The notes under the pieces: model-generated
The model's database searches: none
What the model was told of the DNA's origin: nothing
What the model saw: the letters and a program-made list of their open reading frames with translations, nothing else
Position numbers and translations under genes: made by a program
NCBI GenBank assembly: GCA_965247095.1
Contig: OZ251997.1
Span: forward strand, 544,001 to 608,000
DNA from: Candidatus Multivorans sp.
GTDB lineage: Bacteria; Acidobacteriota; Thermoanaerobaculia; Multivoradales; Multivoraceae
Length of the DNA: 64,000 nt
Direction of reading: 5' to 3'
Shown: piece after piece, positions 56,811 through 64,000 of the stretch
How positions within the stretch are numbered: the stretch's first letter is position 1
Layout of the letters: every line of letters starts with the position of its first letter

Positions 56811-58667
56811 GTGATGCTTACAAGGAAGGTCGTTCGGGTGACCGGAACTTCGGGTTGGAGTCCGTCGAGGCATGGGCAATGGAAACCCTTCTTGTGCCTG
56901 GCGCTGCTGGCGGCCCTGTGGTGCGCACCGGCCCTTGCCACGGAGGGTGACTGGCCGCAGTGGCGTGGCCCGGCCAGAGACGGATATGCGCCCGTGGCCG
57001 GCAACGAGAGCCTTGCCGCCGCGCTTCATGGTCCGCTGCCGGCGGCGCTGCACCAGGTATGGAAGGTGGAGGTCGGGCTCGGGCAGTCGGCGCCGATCCT
57101 CCACCAGGGCCGGCTGTACATCCATGTGCGACAGGGCGAGGATGAAGTCGTTCTGGCGCTCGACCCGGAGACGGGCGAGGAGATCTGGCGCTACGCGTAC
57201 CCGGTCCCCTACGTGGAGGTGAATCACGCTTCGGCGTGGGGCCCGGGCCCGAAGTCGACTCTGACCGCGGTCGGGGACACGCTCTACACCTTCGGCGTCA
57301 CGGAGAGGCTGCACGCCATCGACGCGGAGCAGGGCGACGTGCGCTGGGACAAGAACTACGACGACATCTACAAGCAGCCGTACCCCGAGTGCGGCACCAG
57401 CGCGTCGCCCCTGGTCGAGGGCGATCTTCTCATCGTGCCGATCGGTCAGACCTGGCCGGATCCGTCACTCGAGAGCCTGGGAGAGCTGGTGGCCTACAAC
57501 CGCCTCACGGGCCAGGAGGTGTGGCGCACCGAGAAGCTGCCCCCGGGCTACGCCTCGGCGATGGCGTTCACGATCGAGGGAGTCCGGCAGATCGTCACCA
57601 CGACCCAGAACCACGTGGTCGGGATTCGCGCCAGCGACGGCAAGACGCTGTGGAAGAAGGAAATGCGGATCTTCATGGAGCAGAACATCCCGACGCCGGT
57701 CCTGTACGACGGCAAGGTTTTGATCGGTGGCTACCACTGGGGAAACGCGCTGCTCGATTTCGAGCCGAGCGGCAGCGACGAGCTCTGGGACGTCGACAGC
57801 GTCTGGGCGACGAAGCGGCACGAGATGTACATGGACTCGCCGGTGCTGGTAGGCGACTACGTCTACTTCCGTTCGCACAAGAGGCTCGGAACGATGGTCT
57901 GCGTCGACATCCGGACCGGCGAGCAGTGCTGGCAGGGTCCGCCTCAGGCGGCGCGGTACGCGGCCTTCGTCGTCGTTGGTGAGGACCGGCTCCTGGTGCT
58001 CACGGACAACGGCGACATCAAGGTGCTCGCGGCGGATCCCTCCGAATACCAGGAGCTCGCCTCATGGGAGGTCGCCGACACTCCAGTCTTCACCCATCTG
58101 ACGGTCGCCGGGTCGCGGATGTACGTCAAGGACGAGGCTCATCTCGCCGTATTCGAGATCGCGGCGGACCAGGTCACGGAGGCTCCGGACAGCCCGGCAG
58201 ACGCGGTCGTCGCGGACGCATGGACGCCGACGCCGGAAGACGAGGCGGCGGCGCTCGAGGCCGTCAACAGGCTGCTCGACACGCAGAAGGAAGCGACGAG
58301 CTGGGAGCAGGTCGAGGAGCACCTGAGCTACTGGGCCGAGGACTTCAGCGACTACTCCGGCCAGACGAAGGCGGACTGGGTCGTCATGTACCGGAACATC
58401 TTCGACCGGATCGGGCGGATCGGTTCTCCGCTCGGGTTCGACTCCGAGTCGATGTACGTCGAGTGGCTCGGTGAGACGGCGGTCGTCCGGGGCATCTTCA
58501 TCGACTTCCGGCCCCGCCGGCAGGCGATCATGGAGCAGTTCTACATGGTCAAGAAGTACGGCGACCGGTGGCTTGTCAACGCGACCGACAACAGGCCCAT
58601 CTGGGAGAGATGGGGCGAGGGAGGGGAGCTCAAGAGCACCGCCTTCGGCGCGGAGCCGGAGCAGTAG
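56811..58667 (+). CDS. Secreted PQQ-like beta-propeller with C-terminal NTF2/SnoaL-like domain, copy 1
   Basis: DWPQWRGPARDG, TGEEIW, SASPLVEGD, GYAS, MDSPV. C-domain ALEAVNRLL..SYWAEDFSD..VVRGIF..KYGDRWLV (fold call is inference). Confidence 0.85.
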   Translation: MMLTRKVVRVTGTSGWSPSRHGQWKPFLCLALLAALWCAPALATEGDWPQWRGPARDGYAPVAGNESLAAALHGPLPAALHQVWKVEVGLGQSAPILHQGRLYIHVRQGEDEVVLALDPETGEEIWRYAYPVPYVEVNHASAWGPGPKSTLTAVGDTLYTFGVTERLHAIDAEQGDVRWDKNYDDIYKQPYPECGTSASPLVEGDLLIVPIGQTWPDPSLESLGELVAYNRLTGQEVWRTEKLPPGYASAMAFTIEGVRQIVTTTQNHVVGIRASDGKTLWKKEMRIFMEQNIPTPVLYDGKVLIGGYHWGNALLDFEPSGSDELWDVDSVWATKRHEMYMDSPVLVGDYVYFRSHKRLGTMVCVDIRTGEQCWQGPPQAARYAAFVVVGEDRLLVLTDNGDIKVLAADPSEYQELASWEVADTPVFTHLTVAGSRMYVKDEAHLAVFEIAADQVTEAPDSPADAVVADAWTPTPEDEAAALEAVNRLLDTQKEATSWEQVEEHLSYWAEDFSDYSGQTKADWVVMYRNIFDRIGRIGSPLGFDSESMYVEWLGETAVVRGIFIDFRPRRQAIMEQFYMVKKYGDRWLVNATDNRPIWERWGEGGELKSTAFGAEPEQ

Positions 58668-58843
58668 GGTCCTCGGTCTCCAGGCCAGGATCCTTGCGGC
58701 GCCGCGAGGTTCGGTTCGGCGTGCGTCCGTTTCGACTTCTTCGACCGCAACCCGGCGCTCGACCTGCCCTGATTTCGGCCGGCGGAGGCTCCGTTGGTTC
58801 GGGTAGACTGGGACAGCTTCCAGGAACAGAGCCGGAGGTGGCC

Positions 58844-61627
58844 ATGTCGAAGATGCGTGCGTTGGTGTCGGTTTCTCTTCTCCTTCTCTTCATCGTCGCC
58901 CCGGCGCTGGCCCAGAACGTCGGCACGGTCCGCGGCGAGGTGCGCGACGCGAACGGCGACCCGCTGCCGGGCGTGATGATCGAAGTCGACGGTCCGCTGG
59001 TGCGCGGCGACCGCTCGACGACGACGGGCGTCAACGGCGAGTTCCTCGTCAGTGCGCTCAATCCGGGCGCGATCTCGGTCACCGGAACGCTCGACGGCTT
59101 CGAGGACGAGACGGTCGAGGACATCCGGATCTCGATCTCGCAGACCAGCACCGTGCACATGGTCCTCCAGCTCGCCGCGACCTCGGAGGAGATCACGGTG
59201 ACCTCGGAGCGGCCGATCCTGGACGTGACGAGCAACGTGATCAGTACCCACCTGACCGAGGACTTCATCGACGACCTGCCGACGAAGCGCAGCTTCCAGG
59301 ACTACGCGAGCATGGCCAAGGGGGTGACGCTCCAGGGGCGCGACCAGACCTACGGCGACTGGAGGTACTCGGTCTACGGCAGCGGCGGGGTGCAGAACAA
59401 CTGGAACATGGACGGCCTCAACTCCGCCATGCACGACTACGGCGGCGTCTGGTGGTGGATCAACCCGGACACGATCTCCGAGGTCCAGGTGCTCGGCGTG
59501 GGCGCCCCGGCGGAGTACGGAGGCATGTCCGGCGGTGCGATCAACATCGTCACGAAGTCCGGGACGAACGAGTTCGACGGCCGCCTGAACTACTACGGCC
59601 AGTTCGACTCGCTGACCGCCGAGGGCCCGACGTCCCCCGGACTCACCGGCGAGGAGACCGGCTTCTATCGGGACAAGTTCAACAACTACACTCTGGCGCT
59701 GGGCGGCGCGTTCATCCCGGACAAGCTGTGGTACTTCCTGTCGCTCGAGTACAAGGAGGACGCCCTTGGGGAGCCGGGCTCGGTTCGGGAGTTCGTCCGG
59801 CCGGACCTCTGGGAGCGCTCCGCCCTGAAGCTCGACTGGACCTTCAACCCGTCGAACACCTTGACGCTGGGCACCCAGTACGAGGACTACGACTGGCAGC
59901 AGTCATCGGATCCCTTTCGCTCGCAAGACGCGCAGACGCACGAGTTCGGCATCCGGCCTGCCTTCCGGCTCGGCTGGCAGTCCGTGTTCTCGAACCGGAC
60001 GTTCTTCGAGGTGAACGTCGCGGATTTCGACAATTACGACCGGGTGGCCTCGGTCACCGGCAGCACGGAACCGCCCTTCGTGGACTACACGCAGCCGGCG
60101 CCCACGACCGTCGGCGGACCGAGGTATCCGTACGACTACGGACCCGCGATGGTTCGCACCAGCGCCAAGCTGACCCACTTCGCGGACGACCTCGCCGGCA
60201 GTCACGAGTTCAAGTTCGGCGTCCAGTTCACGGACGCGACGACGAAGACGCCGCAGCTCTACCCGGGTTCGAGCGGTCTCTACTACGCGAAGTTCGCCGA
60301 GAGCTTCTACTGGCGCTACACCCGGCAGCAGCACTACTACGGCAGCGACTCGACCTCTCTCGGGCTGTTCGCGGACGACTCGTGGAACCTGGGCGGCAAG
60401 ACGACCCTGAACCTCGGCGTGCGCTACGACCATGACAACGGCGGCATTCCCCCTTACGAGGTGCTCCTGTCGCATGGGGGTGGCAGGGGCAACTTCGTCA
60501 CGAACGGGGAGTTCTACCCCGCCTACCCCGACCTGGTCGACTGGAAGAACATCTCGCCGCGGCTGGGGATCGCCCATCAGGTCGGCGAAGGCGAGCGGCA
60601 GGGCGTACTGCGCATCTCCTACGGCAAGTACTTCGAGGCGAACAGCACGTCATTCTGGAACGGCCCCCATCCCGACCGGCCGCCCTCGGTCTTCGCCTTC
60701 AGCTACTACCGGAACGGCCCTTGGTACGTCTACCGGACGGTCGAGGACGAGAACCTGATCGAGCCGGACCCGAACATGAAGGCGCCCGAGTACGACCAGT
60801 ACGCGCTCGGCTACGAGCAGCAGCTCAGCGAGACGCTGACCCTAGGCGCCGAGCTCGTCGTCAAGCGCGGCACGAACCTGATCGGCTGGCACATCCTCGG
60901 CGACGGCGTCTACGAGGAAGTACCGTTCGAGAACCCGGAGACGGGCGAGATGATGACGCTCTACAGCATCGTCGAGGAGCCGACGCGGCGCAAGGGCAAC
61001 AGCCCGGGGCCCGGCGCGAACGCGCCCCCCGGCGCGAGGTACTACCAGGACTACGAGGGCATCTTCGTGAGTCTGACCAAGCGGAAGGTCGGCCGGTGGG
61101 GGATGAACGCGTCGCTCGGCTGGTCGAACTCGGAGGGATTCTCGGCAAAGAACATCAACCAACAACAGCAGGAGCCCTTCTACGGGGGCCAGTGGGGTGC
61201 GGATCCGAACCACCACATCAACGCCGACGCGCTGTTGCAGGCGGACCGCACCTGGGTCTTCGCGGGCCAGGCCCAGGTCGACCTGCCCTGGAAGCTGCGC
61301 GGAGCGGCGGTGCTGAAGGTCCAGGACGGCCGGCCGTACGCGCTGTTCCAGCGGATACCACTGGGTCAGGGCCTGGTCGATGTCGCCCTGCGTCCGCGGG
61401 AGGACGACCGGAGGATGCCGGGCAGCGCAACGCTCGACCTGGCCATCGGGCGCAACTTCTCGCTCGGCGGTGATGTCTCGTTCGGCGTCGACCTGCAGGT
61501 CCTGAACGCCCTGAACGAAGACGCGTGGGACTGGTGGCAGAACCAAGGGTTCAGGGACGGCAATCTGGTGCCTTCCCTCTACCAGTATCCGCGCCGGTTG
61601 ATGCTGCGGCTCAGCTTCGACTTCTAG
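58844..61627 (+). CDS. TonB-dependent receptor, copy 2
   Basis: Paralog of 54018..56801; GGAGG SD then ATG 58844; ends LRLSFDF. Confidence 0.94.
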   Translation: MSKMRALVSVSLLLLFIVAPALAQNVGTVRGEVRDANGDPLPGVMIEVDGPLVRGDRSTTTGVNGEFLVSALNPGAISVTGTLDGFEDETVEDIRISISQTSTVHMVLQLAATSEEITVTSERPILDVTSNVISTHLTEDFIDDLPTKRSFQDYASMAKGVTLQGRDQTYGDWRYSVYGSGGVQNNWNMDGLNSAMHDYGGVWWWINPDTISEVQVLGVGAPAEYGGMSGGAINIVTKSGTNEFDGRLNYYGQFDSLTAEGPTSPGLTGEETGFYRDKFNNYTLALGGAFIPDKLWYFLSLEYKEDALGEPGSVREFVRPDLWERSALKLDWTFNPSNTLTLGTQYEDYDWQQSSDPFRSQDAQTHEFGIRPAFRLGWQSVFSNRTFFEVNVADFDNYDRVASVTGSTEPPFVDYTQPAPTTVGGPRYPYDYGPAMVRTSAKLTHFADDLAGSHEFKFGVQFTDATTKTPQLYPGSSGLYYAKFAESFYWRYTRQQHYYGSDSTSLGLFADDSWNLGGKTTLNLGVRYDHDNGGIPPYEVLLSHGGGRGNFVTNGEFYPAYPDLVDWKNISPRLGIAHQVGEGERQGVLRISYGKYFEANSTSFWNGPHPDRPPSVFAFSYYRNGPWYVYRTVEDENLIEPDPNMKAPEYDQYALGYEQQLSETLTLGAELVVKRGTNLIGWHILGDGVYEEVPFENPETGEMMTLYSIVEEPTRRKGNSPGPGANAPPGARYYQDYEGIFVSLTKRKVGRWGMNASLGWSNSEGFSAKNINQQQQEPFYGGQWGADPNHHINADALLQADRTWVFAGQAQVDLPWKLRGAAVLKVQDGRPYALFQRIPLGQGLVDVALRPREDDRRMPGSATLDLAIGRNFSLGGDVSFGVDLQVLNALNEDAWDWWQNQGFRDGNLVPSLYQYPRRLMLRLSFDF

Positions 61628-61681
61628 GCTGCGGCCGTTCGGTCCGGGCCTGACTACTGACCTCGATCAGAGGAGATCATC

Positions 61682-63508
61682 GTGATGCGGAAAGCGACTG
61701 TCGTTCGGTCCACCGGAGCGCTGAAGCTCCTTCTCTGCCTGGCTCTGCTGGCGGCTGCGTGGTCCGCGCCGACCCTTGCCGCCGAAGGCGACTGGTCGCA
61801 GTGGCGGGGGCCCGCCAGGGACGGATACGCGCCCGTGGCCGGCAACGAGAGGCTCGCCGCGGCGCTTCACGGTCCGCTGCCGGCCTCCCTGCACCAAGTC
61901 TGGAAGCTGGAGGTCGGCCTCGGGCAGTCGGCGCCGATCCTCCACCAGGGCAAGCTCTACATCCACGTCCGGCAGGGTGAAGAGGAGGTCGTCCTGGCGC
62001 TCGACCCGGAGACGGGCGAGGAGATCTGGCGCTACGGGTACCCGGTCGCCTACGTGCCGGTGAATCACGCCTGGGCGTGGGGGCCCGGCCCGAAATCGAC
62101 GCTGACCGCGGTCGGGGACACGCTCTACACCTTCGGCGTCACGGAGAGGCTGCACGCCATCGACGCGGAGCAGGGCGACGTGCTCTGGGACAAGAGCTAC
62201 GACGACATCTACGCGCAGCCCTTTCCGGAGTGCGGCACCAGCGCCTCGCCGCTGGTCGAGGGCGACCTGGTCATCGTCCCGGTCGGCCAGACGTGGCCGG
62301 ATCCGTCGATCGAGAGTCTGGGTGAGATCGTGGCCTACAACCGGCACACAGGCGAGGAGGTATGGCGCACCGAGTATCTGCCGCCGGGCTACGCCTCGCC
62401 GATGGCGTTCACGATCGACGGGGTCCGGCAGCTCGTCACCTCGACCCAGAACCACGTCGTCGGCATTCGCGTCAGCGACGGCAAGACGCTGTGGAAGAAG
62501 GAGCTGCGGATCTTCATGGAGCAGAACATCCCGACGCCGCTCCTGTACGAAGACAACATCCTGATCGGCGGCTACCACTGGGGGAACGCGCTGCTCGATC
62601 CGGAGCCCACCGGCGGCGACGGACTCTGGGATGTCAACAGCGTCTGGGCGACGAAGCGGCACGAGCTCTACATGGATTCGCCCGTGCTCGTCGGCGACTA
62701 CGCCTACTTCCGTTCCCACAAGAGGCTCGGGACTATCGTCTGCGTCGACATGCGGACCGGCCAGCAGTGCTGGCAGGGTCCGCCCCAGGTGGCGCGGTAC
62801 GCGGCCTTCGTCGTCGTCGGCGAGGACCGGCTCCTGGTGCTGACCGACAACGGCGAGATCAAGGTGGTGGCGGCCGATCCCTCCGAGTACCAGGAGCTCG
62901 CCTCCTGGGACGTCGCCGACACTCCCGTCTTCACCCATCTGACGGTCGCCGGGTCGCGGATGTACGTCAAGGACGAGGCGCACCTTGCGGTGTTCGAGAT
63001 CGCCCCCGACCAGGTGACGGACGCCGCGGAGAGCCCGGCCGGCGACGTGGTCGCGGACTGGACGCCGACCCCGGAAGACGAGGCGGCGGTGCTCGAGGTG
63101 GTCAACAAGGTGCTCGATACGCAGAGGGCTGCGACGACCTGGGAACAGGTCGAGGAGCACCTGAGCTACTGGTCCGAGGACTTCAGCGACTATTCCGGTC
63201 AGACGAAGGCCGACTGGATCGCGATGTACCGGAACGTCTTCAACAGGGCCGGCAGGATCGGGCCTCCGACGGGCTACGACAAGCAGTCGATGTACCTGGA
63301 GTGGCTCGGCGATACGGCGATGGTCCGCGGCATCTTCATCGACTTCCGGCCGCGCCGCCAGGCGATCATGGAGCAGTTCTACGCCGTCGAGAAGTACGGC
63401 GACCGCTGGCTGGTCACCGGCACGGACAACCGTCCCATCTGGGAGCGATGGGCCGAGGACGGGGAGTACAAGAGCACCTTCTTCGGCGAGGAGACGAAGG
63501 ATCAGTAG
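61682..63508 (+). CDS. Secreted PQQ-like beta-propeller with C-terminal NTF2/SnoaL-like domain, copy 2
   Basis: Paralog of 56811..58667 (DWSQWRGPARDG..KYGDRWLV). Confidence 0.85.
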   Translation: MMRKATVVRSTGALKLLLCLALLAAAWSAPTLAAEGDWSQWRGPARDGYAPVAGNERLAAALHGPLPASLHQVWKLEVGLGQSAPILHQGKLYIHVRQGEEEVVLALDPETGEEIWRYGYPVAYVPVNHAWAWGPGPKSTLTAVGDTLYTFGVTERLHAIDAEQGDVLWDKSYDDIYAQPFPECGTSASPLVEGDLVIVPVGQTWPDPSIESLGEIVAYNRHTGEEVWRTEYLPPGYASPMAFTIDGVRQLVTSTQNHVVGIRVSDGKTLWKKELRIFMEQNIPTPLLYEDNILIGGYHWGNALLDPEPTGGDGLWDVNSVWATKRHELYMDSPVLVGDYAYFRSHKRLGTIVCVDMRTGQQCWQGPPQVARYAAFVVVGEDRLLVLTDNGEIKVVAADPSEYQELASWDVADTPVFTHLTVAGSRMYVKDEAHLAVFEIAPDQVTDAAESPAGDVVADWTPTPEDEAAVLEVVNKVLDTQRAATTWEQVEEHLSYWSEDFSDYSGQTKADWIAMYRNVFNRAGRIGPPTGYDKQSMYLEWLGDTAMVRGIFIDFRPRRQAIMEQFYAVEKYGDRWLVTGTDNRPIWERWAEDGEYKSTFFGEETKDQ

Positions 63509-63522
63509 GGTCCTCGGTCGAT

Positions 63523-63620
63523 CCTGGGAACCCGGGTGGCGCGTCCCGCGCCACCCGCGAACCATCCGAGCGCCCGTCATCGGGCGCACGGATGGCACGC
63601 GGGCATCTTGCCCGCATCTG
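63523..63620 (+). repeat. Full-length composite palindromic repeat (three hairpins)
   Basis: cctgggaaccc-GGGTGGCGCG-tcc-CGCGCCACCC-gcgaa-CCATCCGAGCGCCC-gtcatc-GGGCGCACGGATGG-cac-GCGGGCA-tct-TGCCCGC-atctgg. Confidence 0.92.
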
Positions 63621-63802
63621 GACCGGCAACGGGGCTGGATCGTGGAGCGAGCCGGCGCGGCGTAGTCGCCACTCGTCAGGCTCCTTGTGCTGGTAGTCTC
63701 CAAACGCAGCGAACGCTCCCGCCCACCCTGGGCGCGCTCCCTGACCGGCGATTCCAGCTCGTTCTTCCGGCCTCAGTCGCCCTTCCGAGAGGTCACTCCG
63801 CC

Positions 63803-64000
63803 ATGTCAATTCCCCCCGAACTCCAGGCCCGCATTCAGGGCATCGTCGACTCCTCTCCGTGTGTCCTGTTCATGAAGGGCAACCCGGTCGCTCCGCAGTG
63901 CGGGTTCTCGGCTCAGGTCGTGCAGGTGCTGAACCGCCTGCTCCCGGAGTACCAGACCTTCGACGTGCTGTCGGACGCGGAGGTCCGCGACGGCGTCAAG
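63803..64000 (+). CDS. grxD: Monothiol glutaredoxin Grx4 (5' part)
   Basis: Hand translation MSIPPELQARIQGIVDSSPCVLFMKGNPVAPQCGFSAQVVQVL..FDVLSDAEVRDGVK, with the CGFS motif. Confidence 0.93.
   Translation, partial: MSIPPELQARIQGIVDSSPCVLFMKGNPVAPQCGFSAQVVQVLNRLLPEYQTFDVLSDAEVRDGVK

Larger units (their letters stand above)
54006..63519 (+). repeat. Tandem duplication of a ~4.7-kb two-gene module (54006-58678 and 58832-63519)
   Basis: Both copies begin ccggaggtg(a/g)ccATGtcgaagatgcgt and end cagTAGggtcctcggtc, with long identical protein stretches. Confidence 0.95.

Noticed and set aside
1-64000. tRNA, rRNA, integrase, transposase, prophage genes, intrinsic terminators
   Set aside because: None recognised by eye; the GC hairpins lack U-tracts and belong to the repeat family.

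Overview
High-GC bacterial window. Oar-type TonB-dependent receptors, sulfatases, PQQ-like beta-propellers, DUF5916 and a TPR-sulfatase suggest a diderm, possibly Acidobacteriota (inference, no marker gene seen). Left end: a minus-strand SNF2 helicase, a SWIM-HTH protein and a DISARM DrmD-like helicase that runs off the edge. Next come an acyl-CoA dehydrogenase pair (one with an apparent ATC start), an Xaa-Pro peptidase, a TBDR, sulfatases, a DUF3604-like lipoprotein, a low-GC bactofilin patch, pdxA, an orphan Phd antitoxin, and a TlpA lipoprotein with a decayed tandem paralog. The middle holds an amidohydrolase/nth operon, S1/DUF1820/Skp, a sirtuin, MoxR-VWA, DUF3014 and a PQQ-PQQ-Gfo-TIM isomerase-xylA-xylB cluster. 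The right part has a twin-cupin lipoprotein, a sulfatase-TPR behind a 3x19-bp repeat, a low-GC multiheme cytochrome module, fused pseudogene fragments, DUF5916, a ~4.7-kb tandem duplication of a TBDR plus PQQ/NTF2-like module, and the start of grxD. A modular palindromic repeat family occurs at least 7 times, once in frame inside drmD and twice supplying the likely start codon of the next gene. No rRNA, tRNA, CRISPR array, integrase or transposase was seen. All calls are by-eye motif recognition; no searches were run.
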